In this document: positions 43,510-52,566 of the stretch, one piece after another | Position numbering within the stretch: position 1 is the stretch's first letter | Layout of the letters: each line of letters opens with the position of its first letter | Origin: a virus | DNA length: 64,000 nt | Virus record (IMG/VR): IMGVR_UViG_3300049137_000157 | Span: 32,001 to 96,000 of that record | Strand: one strand, 5' to 3' | Translations under genes and position numbers: made by a program | Notes under the pieces: model-generated | What the model was told of the DNA's origin: nothing | Database searches by the model: none | Seen by the model: the letters and a program-made list of their open reading frames with translations, nothing else

Positions 43510-43983
43510 ATGACCGACATACCGACCGACAGGGTGGCGCTCTCCCCGGACGCCCTGAAGCTCCTGGCGAGCCTCATGCAGGATGCCGGGGTGGACGGCA
43601 CCTATCAGGTGTCCATAGCCGCTCTCTGCACGTCCAGCGGCCTCTCCAAGGCCGCCTTCACCAAGGCGAGGGCGGAGCTGGTCACAGCGGGCCTCGTGTC
43701 GTACGAAGCGCCTCGCTCCGACAAGGGGCTTCGCGGCCCCACCATCTACACGCTGCACCGGTCCGCCGTGGGTGAAGGTCTGCCCGGACGGTCCGTCAGC
43801 ACTGCGGAAGCACCGGTTCCACCACTTTGCGAACCGGTCGAATCGGACCGAACAGGCACAGAAGATCTGCCTCCCGAGAGGGAAGTGCAGGTCCCGCAGC
43901 ATTCGGAGGAGCCGAAGCCGGTTCTCTCCGGCTGGCAGAGGGTGCTCGCGTGGTTCGGCCTTCGTCCGAAGTCTTCGACCTGA
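43510..43983 (+). CDS. winged-HTH protein (157 aa)
   Basis: LSPDALKLL...VSIAALCTSSGLSKAAFTKARAELVTAGLV...TIYTL. Confidence 0.75.
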   Translation: MTDIPTDRVALSPDALKLLASLMQDAGVDGTYQVSIAALCTSSGLSKAAFTKARAELVTAGLVSYEAPRSDKGLRGPTIYTLHRSAVGEGLPGRSVSTAEAPVPPLCEPVESDRTGTEDLPPEREVQVPQHSEEPKPVLSGWQRVLAWFGLRPKSST

Positions 43984-44211
43984 GCGAACCGGAGTTCGGA
44001 AGTCCGGATGAACCCGTCCCGGGGATTCGAACCGGCCTGTAAGACTCCGAATCTCGTCGGCGAAATGGGTGGTTCAGTGTGCGAATCGGACGAATCAACA
44101 CAACCTGTGGCGACACTCTGGTTTATCAGGGTTGAACCGGCGGTTCGTCGGGCGAATCTGGACATACTCGGCTCTGTGGCCCAGGTCACAGATCATCGAG
44201 AGAAAGTGGCC

Positions 44212-44241
44212 TTGACTCGGCCTAGGCCATCCTGGCAGAGT
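44212..44241 (+). promoter_or_regulatory. promoter TTGACT-18-CAGAGT with GGCCTAGGCC (44219-44228)
   Basis: read directly; upstream of the spdB-like gene. Confidence 0.7.
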
Positions 44242-44303
44242 CAGGTGTGTCGCCAGAAGCGGGAAACCGCGAAAACGGTGAAAACGGAAAAGGAGAAGAA
44301 ACG

Positions 44304-45425
44304 GTGCTGAAGAAGCTGAGGGGAAACACGGTTCAGGTCGAGGGCCCCGCCCCGGAGCTGACGCCGAAGAAGAAGAAGTTCACCGGAATGGCGGTCTTCG
44401 CAAGTCTCCTGACCGTCGGAACCATCGCCTGGTCGACCCACTCGATCCTCGACGTGCTGGACGCAGGCAAGATCGGCCTGGCGTTCGCGGGACTGGCCGA
44501 CCTTGGCTGGCTCTCCATCACCTACGCCAAGTGGCGCGGCACCCGGCTCCCCGTTCCTCACCGGGAGAAGTACACCGAGGTCTACGAGGACGGCAGCAAG
44601 GTCGAGCGGAAGGTCTGGAACCCCCGGCGCAGCACCTGGCCGGTCACCCTGATCGGCTGGATCATCGCGGTGATCGTCTCCGGCCTCCTCGTCCTCCACG
44701 GTGTGCAGGACGAGAACCTCGGTACCATGCTGGCCGCCATCTTCCCGATCATCACCAAGCTGATCTGGACTGTCGCCATCGCCGACGCCAAGGACCCGGC
44801 CGACCTGACCGAGGACGATCTGGAGGAGATCGCCGAGACGAAGCGAGAGGCCGCCAAGGTCCTGGCGCTGGCCGAGGCCGAGAAGGCCCAGAAGCAGGCC
44901 GAGCTGGAGGCCGCCCGCATCGACCGGCAGAACCAGAGGGAAGAGGCGGAGGCCAAGGCGGAGATGGAGCGGGCCGAGCGGCGTCGGAAGCACGAGGCCA
45001 ACCTCGACGAGGCCGAGATGTCCGCCGAGCTGGAGTTCGTCACCGCCGAGCGGACCATCGAACACCAGATCCGGATGCAGGACATGTACGGGAAGCTGGA
45101 TGCCCGGCAGGCGGAGGCCGAGCGGGCCCGTCGCTACCTGATGCCGCCGACCTACACGATCCCGGGTCAGATCGTCCGTACCGACCAGCAGGTTTCGGGC
45201 AGCGCCCCGTCTCTTGGGCAGGCTCCGGTCTTCCCGGGGCAGCAGCAGGAGCCGCTCTCCCCGAAGGAGGAGCTGGCACTCAAGTACTGGCAGGAGCACC
45301 AGGCGACCCAGATCACCAAGAAGGACTTCGCCACGACCATCGCGATGGTTCACCCGGCACGCGTGACGGAGGCGACCAAGGACTTCTCCCCCGAGTACTT
45401 CATGGCCAAGGGGCTGCTCGCCTGA
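44304..45425 (+). CDS. spdB: SpdB-like plasmid spread protein (4 TM helices plus coiled coil; 373 aa)
   Basis: IAWSTHSILDVL...GLAFAGLADLGW...LHG...KLIW...DPADLT resembles pSAM2-type SpdB. Confidence 0.72.
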   Translation: MLKKLRGNTVQVEGPAPELTPKKKKFTGMAVFASLLTVGTIAWSTHSILDVLDAGKIGLAFAGLADLGWLSITYAKWRGTRLPVPHREKYTEVYEDGSKVERKVWNPRRSTWPVTLIGWIIAVIVSGLLVLHGVQDENLGTMLAAIFPIITKLIWTVAIADAKDPADLTEDDLEEIAETKREAAKVLALAEAEKAQKQAELEAARIDRQNQREEAEAKAEMERAERRRKHEANLDEAEMSAELEFVTAERTIEHQIRMQDMYGKLDARQAEAERARRYLMPPTYTIPGQIVRTDQQVSGSAPSLGQAPVFPGQQQEPLSPKEELALKYWQEHQATQITKKDFATTIAMVHPARVTEATKDFSPEYFMAKGLLA

Positions 45426-45444
45426 GCGGCTCAGGAACTCCGTA

Positions 45445-45471
45445 AAACCCCCTCTCCGGAGGGGGTTTTTT
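45445..45471 (+). terminator. intrinsic terminator
   Basis: AAAACCCCCTC...GAGGGGGTTTTTT. Confidence 0.8.
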
Positions 45472-45516
45472 CGTTGCCCAACTTGCAGCTATGGTGGGAG
45501 TGTTGACCAATAAGGG

Positions 45517-45855
45517 GTGATTGCCATGTGGTGCATCGAAACATCACGCGCGGCGGGAATGCAGAACCGAATTCGAGTCCAGCCCATGGAGGACAACGAC
45601 CCCAATCCACTGAGCACGAAATACGCCGAGATTCTCGTGAGCCCTTGGAGCGGGGGAGAGCACCCGACACTCCCGCTTTTCCCGCCGGGATTCCTTTACC
45701 GGGATCGAGTGGGACTGAGCTACCGGATCATTCAGGGTGTCGTCGAGGAGACGGTGCTCCAGGGTGACGACGGGAACACGGACCCGCTTGACAGCCCTCA
45801 GACCACCGTGTGGGTGTACCGATACATCGCGGTGATCGAACTCAACAGTCCCTGA
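45517..45855 (+). CDS. hypothetical protein (start uncertain: 45517, 45559 or 45586)
   Basis: protein-like C-terminal 90 aa. Confidence 0.5.
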   Translation: MIAMWCIETSRAAGMQNRIRVQPMEDNDPNPLSTKYAEILVSPWSGGEHPTLPLFPPGFLYRDRVGLSYRIIQGVVEETVLQGDDGNTDPLDSPQTTVWVYRYIAVIELNSP

Positions 45856-45887
45856 AACATCGACAGAAAACGGAAAGGGAGAAGGGC

Positions 45888-46361
45888 GTGGGAGTTCAGT
45901 CCGTGCACATCCGGGTCTCGGCCTATCGAGTCCCGTACTGGGTCACCAAGAGCGAGAATCACTTCTACACCGTCGAGCGGCAGTCGGATCGTCATGGCGG
46001 TGAGAAGTGGGGAATCTTCGAAGGGGACCAGGCTTGGGTCGGAGACCAGTGGATCCCTTCCTTCCGGCACCCGGACTCGTACGCCTGGGACGAAGACCTT
46101 GCCAAGGCGTTGGCGGGCCGCCTCGCCTTCGAGGAAAACCAGCGGATCGTCGACATCATGGAGAACCGCTTCCCGGGAGAGTTCCGTCACGGCCCGTACG
46201 ACATGTCCGAGCACATCGCGGTCCACTACTACAGCTTCGACGACGAACCGGGGATCAACATTCCGGCCGAGATCTGTGAACGCTGCTCCTGGATCAGCAA
46301 GGGGATCCTCGTCCCGGCCTCCTTCTGCCCGGAGGCCCGCCTCGTGATGTGGGGCGTCTGA
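45888..46361 (+). CDS. hypothetical phage-like protein (157 aa)
   Basis: CGGAAAGGGAGAAGG RBS before GTG. Confidence 0.78.
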   Translation: MGVQSVHIRVSAYRVPYWVTKSENHFYTVERQSDRHGGEKWGIFEGDQAWVGDQWIPSFRHPDSYAWDEDLAKALAGRLAFEENQRIVDIMENRFPGEFRHGPYDMSEHIAVHYYSFDDEPGINIPAEICERCSWISKGILVPASFCPEARLVMWGV

Positions 46362-46570
46362 TGCTGGAGAAGATACTCGGGGCCGTGGTCGAGAAGGCCC
46401 TGGAGAGCAGCACCACCGGCACGAGCGTCGGAGCCAGCGCAGCGCTCGGTGCCGTCACCACGGGTTCGACGCTCAAGGGCCTGGGTCTGCCGAGTACGGC
46501 AGCCGCTGCGGCAGGGGCTGCCGCCGGAGCGGCGGGCGCGGTTTTCGAGAAGCGCAGGAAGAAGAGGTAA
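46361..46570 (+). CDS. Gly/Ala-rich small protein with basic tail (69 aa)
   Basis: TGATG coupling; glycine-zipper-like AAAAAGAAAGAAG then KRRKKR. Confidence 0.55.
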   Translation: MLEKILGAVVEKALESSTTGTSVGASAALGAVTTGSTLKGLGLPSTAAAAAGAAAGAAGAVFEKRRKKR

Positions 46571-46596
46571 CCCGTCTTTTCTTTTTGGCCAAAGAT

Positions 46597-46606
46597 GGCC
46601 TAGGCC
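46597..46606. promoter_or_regulatory. GGCCTAGGCC operator candidate
   Basis: exact; 4 nt before a TAGCCT -10-like box. Confidence 0.65.
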
Positions 46607-46645
46607 GTGTTAGCCTGGCTGTACGGAAACGGAGAAGGAGAAGAC

Positions 46646-46777
46646 ATGGGCAAGTGGTCCGGCGAATCGACCGACTCCAACGAACGCTGGTGGAGCACCC
46701 AGCAGGAGGAAACTCCCCAGCAGAACGGCAACGACTGGTGGAACAAGGAGAAGGACTCCGATGCCTCCGACCGATGA
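46646..46777 (+). CDS. acidic WW-repeat peptide (43 aa)
   Basis: GGAGAAGGAGAAG RBS; MGKWSGESTDSNERWWSTQQEETPQQNGNDWWNKEKDSDASDR. Confidence 0.55.
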   Translation: MGKWSGESTDSNERWWSTQQEETPQQNGNDWWNKEKDSDASDR

Positions 46778-47429
46778 CCGCTGGTGGGAGCGTCCGGCCG
46801 AGAACGGGCAGTGGTGGCACAACCCGCCCGTCGCTCTCGACGAGGAGAAACCCCGTCCGGCTGTACCGTCAACTCCCCCCGCCCTGCCCGTTCCGGCCGC
46901 ACCGGAGGAGTTGACGGAGGACGGAAGTCGCAAGAGGAACAGGCTTGCCGGAGCAGGGGCGGCTGCCGCCCTGATCGCGGTCTTCGCCCTCGGGGCCACA
47001 GTCTTCGGCGACGGCCCCGACAAGCCCGCCACGCAAACGCCCGTCTCCATGCAGACTGCACCGGCCGAGCAGACACCCTCGGAGAACCCCGCACCCCCGG
47101 CGTCCAAGCCTTCGGCCACAGCCAAACCGTCGTCGCCCAGCGTCTCGGCCCCGGCTGCCAAGCCGTACGAGATGTCCTCCTCGATCATCGGGTCAGGCAA
47201 CTATGGCGCGAAGGTCGAGATCACGTTCACGAACAACACCAGCAAGCCTCTGACCCTCAACCCGTCGGCATTCGAGGCAGACGGAGAAGGTGTCATCGGG
47301 CAGTGGGTCCACCAGGTGCCTGCCGGGGAGTCGATCACCGTGGTCGTCGAGACTCAGACCGACAAGCCCCGACAGGTCACCTTCGACGCCACCGGCATGG
47401 GCGAGGTGTCCGCCGTGTCCGACATTTAG
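46761..47429 (+). CDS. single-pass membrane protein: WW-repeat N-terminus, Pro-rich linker, Ig-like C-terminal domain (222 aa)
   Basis: TM AGAGAAAALIAVFALGATVF; beta-rich C-terminus. Confidence 0.75.
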   Translation: MPPTDDRWWERPAENGQWWHNPPVALDEEKPRPAVPSTPPALPVPAAPEELTEDGSRKRNRLAGAGAAAALIAVFALGATVFGDGPDKPATQTPVSMQTAPAEQTPSENPAPPASKPSATAKPSSPSVSAPAAKPYEMSSSIIGSGNYGAKVEITFTNNTSKPLTLNPSAFEADGEGVIGQWVHQVPAGESITVVVETQTDKPRQVTFDATGMGEVSAVSDI

Positions 47430-47471
47430 GCAGGGTTGACGGAGTGACTTACGGCGATCGAACGGAGCATC

Positions 47472-47771
47472 GTGAGGACTGAGATGACAGATCGCCTGGC
47501 CGAGCACATCAAGGAGAAGGGGGGCGTGTGGGACGGAGAACGGGCTCTCGCCTTCTACCGCTCCATCGGCTTCGGCTGCACGCTCGGACGCGCCGAAGCC
47601 AACCTGGGCATGGCCGCTGAGGCGAACCCGGACCTCCTGACTCGTATGCCGGACAAGCGGTTCACCTGGACGACCGAGCCGCTGGACCTCTCCGGCGGCG
47701 AGACGGATCCCGACGACAGCGCCTCGGACCTGAAGATGGGAAGAATTCGGCACGAAGGAGAGGCTTCATGA
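47472..47771 (+). CDS. hypothetical protein (99 aa)
   Basis: GGAG RBS; coupled to the next gene. Confidence 0.65.
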   Translation: MRTEMTDRLAEHIKEKGGVWDGERALAFYRSIGFGCTLGRAEANLGMAAEANPDLLTRMPDKRFTWTTEPLDLSGGETDPDDSASDLKMGRIRHEGEAS

Positions 47772-48118
47772 GCTGTAACTACCACGCCTTCGGGCCCTTC
47801 CCGGGAGGGGAGGAGAACGGCGAGGGCCTGCACATCGGCCTGCACACGGGGGGCTACTGCTTCCTGCTCAGGGCCTACTGGGGGCGAGGTCTGTTCAGTT
47901 GGCACACCTGGCAGCTCTTCTTGCAGCACCCCGATGTCATCATCAAGTCGGACACAGGGGAGGAGGTCTCCTTCGCCGAGTTCCGGGATCTCGTGACTCG
48001 GCGATACGACCGGCACGGCCTTCCTCTGCGGCAGCGGTGGAGGTCGGAACCTCTCCGGCACCTGGGTCAGCTTCGCGACGCGGACGGATACGAACTGGAC
48101 GAGAAGGAGTTCTGCTGA
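47768..48118 (+). CDS. hypothetical phage-like protein (116 aa)
   Basis: 4-bp overlap; GLHIG...W...WQLFL...IIKSDTGEEVSF. Confidence 0.75.
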   Translation: MSCNYHAFGPFPGGEENGEGLHIGLHTGGYCFLLRAYWGRGLFSWHTWQLFLQHPDVIIKSDTGEEVSFAEFRDLVTRRYDRHGLPLRQRWRSEPLRHLGQLRDADGYELDEKEFC

Positions 48119-48165
48119 GATGGACGACCACACCTGATCTGTCCACCAGGACTGAAGCCGGACAC

Positions 48166-48208
48166 AGAAGGACCCCCGAGCGGAACCTCAAGCTCGGGGG
48201 TCCTTCTC
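48166..48208. terminator. bidirectional hairpin
   Basis: AGAAGGACCCCCGAG...CTCGGGGGTCCTTCT between convergent genes. Confidence 0.7.
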
Positions 48209-48327
48209 GCGTACGGGCCTCGGGCCCGTTGCCGCGTGATCACTCACCGGTAATAACTTACGGGAAGATCCGGTGCATCGTCCGGGGAAACGACAGCACG
48301 CGCGCAGCGCCATGGCAGGTCACTTCC

Positions 48328-49059
48328 TCAGACCTCTTCGTTGGCGACGAGGGGGATGCTTCCCTTCTGCACCTTGGTCGCGACCTCGACGATCTTGCCG
48401 TTCTTCAGCCGGACGATGCGCAGGGCCTGGAGGACCGGGGTGTACGGGGACGGCAGGCCCAGGGACTCCATCTCCTGCTCGGTCGGGACCCGGCCGGTGG
48501 TCAGGATGCGGCGCTTCTTCATCGGGCTGCCCATCCGCTCGATGGCCAGCTCGCGAGATCCGGACGGCATCGACTCGGCGACGGCCAGTTCCGGGGTCTT
48601 CTCCGAGACCTCCGGCGGGTAGAAGCTCCGACCGGTGGCCATCGGCTGGTCGTCAATGTAGTTCACCCGCTCCCGGCAGATGACCGGGGTGCCGGGCTCG
48701 ACTTCCATGTGGACGGCGATGTCCGGAGGGCAGGGCATCCATCCGGCGAACAGGATCTCGGTCCGCTCGTTCTTCGCGAGAGCCCGACCTGTCTGTGCAG
48801 CGAGACCGGCACGGTCGGCGACAGTGAGCATCCTGCTCTTTATGTCGGCGATGACGTGCGGTCGGTTGCGGTCGGAGGGCTCCACGGTTCCGTCGGCGAC
48901 GAGCATCTGCACGGCCCCGTCGACAGTCTGACGGGACGTGGCGTACTCGGTTGCCAGCTTCCGGTGTGAGGGCAGCTTGTCGCCCGGGAGGAGTTCCCCG
49001 GAGAGCACCTTGTTGCGGATGCTGGTTGCGATCTGCTGCGCCTTCGTGGGGCGAGCCAT
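48328..49059 (-). CDS. GntR/HutC-family repressor with UTRA domain, KorSA/TraR-like (243 aa)
   Basis: QQIATSIRNKVLSGELLPGDKLPSHRKLATEYATSRQTV; UTRA-type C-terminus; divergent from the membrane/hydrolase genes. Confidence 0.9.
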   Translation of the reverse strand: MARPTKAQQIATSIRNKVLSGELLPGDKLPSHRKLATEYATSRQTVDGAVQMLVADGTVEPSDRNRPHVIADIKSRMLTVADRAGLAAQTGRALAKNERTEILFAGWMPCPPDIAVHMEVEPGTPVICRERVNYIDDQPMATGRSFYPPEVSEKTPELAVAESMPSGSRELAIERMGSPMKKRRILTTGRVPTEQEMESLGLPSPYTPVLQALRIVRLKNGKIVEVATKVQKGSIPLVANEEV

Positions 49060-49087
49060 CTTTCGTTTTCCCCTTCCTTTCGAGTGC

Positions 49088-49117
49088 TTGCGGCCTAGGC
49101 CACTAGTGTGCCATGCT
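49088..49117 (+). promoter_or_regulatory. promoter TTGCGG-18-CATGCT with GGCCTAGGCC (49092-49101)
   Basis: lies between the gntR start and the divergent operon. Confidence 0.6.
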
Positions 49118-49346
49118 GAAGACACGAAAAGCCAGCCGAGAAAGGCGGAAAGGCACCGAAGAGCGTAACAATCTGTGCCTCTGGGCACCTTTGTGCCCTG
49201 GGACGCGTACCCAGCGTGACGAAACCGTCCGCCGGGAAACGTTGTAACCCTGCTCAGGATACAGAGAGACGCTCACTCCGCCGAGTGGCCAGGGCCATTG
49301 ATTTGACCTTGATCCAACGGTTGCAACGGTGAGGAGAGGAAGCGTG

Positions 49347-50378
49347 ATGGCCGCGACAACACCCGTTTCGCAGCCTTCCATCCCTCCCGCCCCCGAGATG
49401 AAGGCCCCCCCTCGCAAGAGGCTGGACGCCTTCAAGGACCGAGTGGCGGCAACCTTCCAGAACCAGATTGCCGCAGCTCGGACGAAGTGGGCCGAGGGGC
49501 GGAAGGCGTCGGAGAGCAAACAGCAGGAGGTTCGCGAGGAAGCCCGGGTTGTGATCGACCCGGTCAAGGAGAAGATCAACGAAAGCAAGGACCTCGCCGG
49601 GCAGATCGTCGTCCCCGTCCTGAGCGGCATACAGGACACCGTCGATCCGATCGTCCAGGCATCGGGACGCGAGAAGGCCAAGGGCAAGTCCCGGCCACTG
49701 GTGACATCCTTCGGCTGGTCGATGATCCTGGCGTGGGCCGTCAACCCCATCATGCTGATGGAGGCGATGTACGACAGGGCTCTCGGCTCGAAGGCACCCC
49801 GCGACTGGGGGCTGCTGATGGGCCCCGGCCGCTGGTTCCGGGACACCATCGTCATGGCCTGGGAGACCGGACAGAAGGCCAGCTTCACCTGGGCGGTCGT
49901 CATCGGCCTCCTCCCGATGGTCATCGGTACCTGCAAGAACGTCGCACAGAGCAACCCGGAAGGCGCGCTCTACAACTCGATGAGGTTCCTGGACCGGGCA
50001 GTCGGCACGGTCTGGGGGGTCATCCGCTGGGCCCTCTGCCTTGTTCTGCCCTTCCTGCGGGGGAGCATTCCGCAGAAGTCGCAGAACGAGAGCCCGGTGA
50101 AGTGGCTCACCCGCCTCTCCTACGCCACCCCGCTGTTCTACCTGCTCGGCCTGTCCTACCCCGGCGCGACCCAGTGGCTGTTCGGGGTGACCTGGACTCT
50201 CCAGTGGTGGCAGGTGGGGGTCATGGCCCTGACCTGCTTCTCCTACTACGGAGTCATGTGGGCCCTCGACCGCATGGAAGACGGCAAGGGCTTCGACATG
50301 ACCCACGTGATCATCATGATGCCCCTGGCGAGCATGATCTCGGGCTACGCCCTGAACGGCATGGACGCCGCCATGTGA
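49347..50378 (+). CDS. multi-pass membrane protein (343 aa)
   Basis: basic helical N-terminus then about 5-6 hydrophobic segments. Confidence 0.8.
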   Translation: MAATTPVSQPSIPPAPEMKAPPRKRLDAFKDRVAATFQNQIAAARTKWAEGRKASESKQQEVREEARVVIDPVKEKINESKDLAGQIVVPVLSGIQDTVDPIVQASGREKAKGKSRPLVTSFGWSMILAWAVNPIMLMEAMYDRALGSKAPRDWGLLMGPGRWFRDTIVMAWETGQKASFTWAVVIGLLPMVIGTCKNVAQSNPEGALYNSMRFLDRAVGTVWGVIRWALCLVLPFLRGSIPQKSQNESPVKWLTRLSYATPLFYLLGLSYPGATQWLFGVTWTLQWWQVGVMALTCFSYYGVMWALDRMEDGKGFDMTHVIIMMPLASMISGYALNGMDAAM

Positions 50379-50572
50379 CGGCGGACCTTCCGCAAGGCCG
50401 TGACACCGCCGAAGCCATCGGCGAGACGGTGCCGGATCGAATCCGGCCGGAAGGACTCAGAGCACCACCAGCCTGACGGAAAGCGAGAAGAGACGTGAAC
50501 AACGACAACAACGGCATGCCGGTTCTGATCCCGTCGCGTCCCGGCGGCAACTGAGAGAAGGGAACCATCGAG

Positions 50573-51205
50573 ATGAACATCGCGGCAGCGCAGACCGCCA
50601 TCGAGACCGGCGCGACACTGCCCACCACCTCCTGGGTCGGGAACATCACGTTCTTCGGCCTCGGCTTCACCATCCTGCTCCTGTCGTTCCTGTCCCAGCC
50701 CAAGGCGGCCTCCGCCGACGGCAAGAAGCCTGCTCGAAATGGTCGCCTCTTCTGGAGCCCGGTCGTCATCGGCCTTGGTAACCGATTCATCGGTGAGCCG
50801 TCCGTCCGGCTCAAGAAGAAGGTCATCGGCAAGGCGAACAAGGACGCCTCGGGACAGGTGATCATCGAGGACCCGGAGCCGTTCGACTGGATGAGCCTGC
50901 TGAGCTTCTTCATCGGGTTCATCGGCATGACGTCGATCCTGATGACCAGCAACGGAGACATCACTGTCGTCCTGGACTTCCTGTGGTCCGGGGTCTTCCT
51001 GATCATCGGCTTCCCGGGCATCTCCGACATGGGGGCCGGTGCCATCGCTCTGATCCTCCTGTTCTTGGCGATGGCCAAGCAGGGCGACAGCAAGAAGGAC
51101 CTGGTCTTCGGCATCGTGTGTGCCGTGTTCTTCTCCGTCGCGGGTGGCGGTTTCGCCAGCCTGTCGAACGCCATCAGCAATTGGATCCCGACGCTGTTCG
51201 GTTGA
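50573..51205 (+). CDS. multi-pass membrane protein (210 aa)
   Basis: about 5 TM segments; AAGGGA RBS. Confidence 0.8.
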   Translation: MNIAAAQTAIETGATLPTTSWVGNITFFGLGFTILLLSFLSQPKAASADGKKPARNGRLFWSPVVIGLGNRFIGEPSVRLKKKVIGKANKDASGQVIIEDPEPFDWMSLLSFFIGFIGMTSILMTSNGDITVVLDFLWSGVFLIIGFPGISDMGAGAIALILLFLAMAKQGDSKKDLVFGIVCAVFFSVAGGGFASLSNAISNWIPTLFG

Positions 51206-51250
51206 TCCTCGCCACAAAGGGGCGGCCTCTCCGGAGGTCGCCCCTTTTGC

Positions 51251-51280
51251 TTGTCCTACTGGCCTAGGCCGTGCTAGTTT
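51251..51280 (+). promoter_or_regulatory. promoter TTGTCC-18-TAGTTT with GGCCTAGGCC (51261-51270)
   Basis: directly after a terminator-like hairpin; upstream of the three hydrolase genes. Confidence 0.7.
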
Positions 51281-51301
51281 CGAGGTACGGAAGGAGGAGA
51301 A

Positions 51302-51958
51302 ATGAGACGACGATCGAACGGGGTTTTTCTCTTCGGATTCGGTGCAGTGTTCGTGGTTCAGATGGTCACTGGATTCGTTCCCGGAGTCCCGTCCATTGCT
51401 GCTCCTTCGACACCTGCCGAAGCCAAGGAAGTTTCGAAGGAGTTCAAGGTGCCGAAAGGTGCGGTGAAGCCCGCACTGATCAGCGCCGACAAGCCCGTCC
51501 GCAAGGGGTCCATCCCCAACAAGCGCTTCGAGGACCTGATCAACGTCTGGGGTAGGCAGTGTGAAACTCTCAGCCCTGCCATCCTCGCAGCGCAGATGTA
51601 CCAGGAAAGCGGATTCCGGACGAGCAGGGACACCGTGTCCAGCGCCAACGCACAGGGCTTCGCGCAGTTCATACCTTCCACCTGGAAGGTGCACGGGAAG
51701 GATGGCGACGGAGACGGAAAAGCTGACGTCTGGAACCCCGAGGACGCCATTCCGTCCGCCGCCATGTACGACTGCTACCTCGCGCGGATCGTACGAAATG
51801 AGCCCGGCGACGACGTCGGAAACATGCTCGCTTCGTACAACGCCGGAGCGGGCCGGGTGAAGGAACACGATGGCGTTCCTCCGCCGACTTTCGCCCGAGG
51901 CGAGACCTACAACTACGTGAAGAACATCAAGGCGATGGCGAAGGAGAAGTTCTCGTGA
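51302..51958 (+). CDS. secreted lytic transglycosylase (SLT, 218 aa)
   Basis: signal/TM N-terminus; QMYQESGF, AQGFAQF..TW, ASYNAG. Confidence 0.9.
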   Translation: MRRRSNGVFLFGFGAVFVVQMVTGFVPGVPSIAAPSTPAEAKEVSKEFKVPKGAVKPALISADKPVRKGSIPNKRFEDLINVWGRQCETLSPAILAAQMYQESGFRTSRDTVSSANAQGFAQFIPSTWKVHGKDGDGDGKADVWNPEDAIPSAAMYDCYLARIVRNEPGDDVGNMLASYNAGAGRVKEHDGVPPPTFARGETYNYVKNIKAMAKEKFS

Positions 51959-52566
51959 AGCGACGGACGTTCCTCGTCGTCCCGGCCGGGGTTCTGATCA
52001 GTGGGTGCAGCGCACTTCACGCAGCCCCGATCTCGAACTCCACGAACAACCCGAACCCGAACATCAAGAAGATCAACTTCTACTCGGACGGCTATCAGCC
52101 CACCGAGGAAGACGAAAAGGCGCAGCCCGAAAAGGTCCGGATGGACAAGCCGGTGAAAACTCGCAGGTGGGTCCAGCCGGTCGACGCACCCATTGGCACC
52201 CCTTACCGGCAAGCCGGATCGTCATGGTCCAGCGGCTACCACACCGGCACCGACTTCGCCGCACCGAACGGAACCCCGATCCGGGCTGTCGGTGCGGGCG
52301 TCGTCATCTACGCCGGAGCGGCCGGACAGTACGGCAATCAGGTCGTCATCCAGCACGACCACGGCACGTTCAGTCAGTACGCACACCTGAGCAAGGTTCA
52401 GGTCAAACGTTGGCAGGCAGTCGATGCAGGGCACGTCATCGGCCGCGTCGGATCCACCGGCAACAGCTCCGGCCCGCACCTCCACTTCGAGATGCGCAAC
52501 GGCCCCGCCTACGGGTCCGACATGGACCCCGTGAAGTTCCTCAGGAACAAAGGCGTCAGCCTCTAA
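51955..52566 (+). CDS. M23 metallopeptidase, probable lipoprotein (203 aa)
   Basis: HTGTD, YAHL, GPHLHFE; lipobox-like LISGC. Confidence 0.92.
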   Translation: MKRRTFLVVPAGVLISGCSALHAAPISNSTNNPNPNIKKINFYSDGYQPTEEDEKAQPEKVRMDKPVKTRRWVQPVDAPIGTPYRQAGSSWSSGYHTGTDFAAPNGTPIRAVGAGVVIYAGAAGQYGNQVVIQHDHGTFSQYAHLSKVQVKRWQAVDAGHVIGRVGSTGNSSGPHLHFEMRNGPAYGSDMDPVKFLRNKGVSL

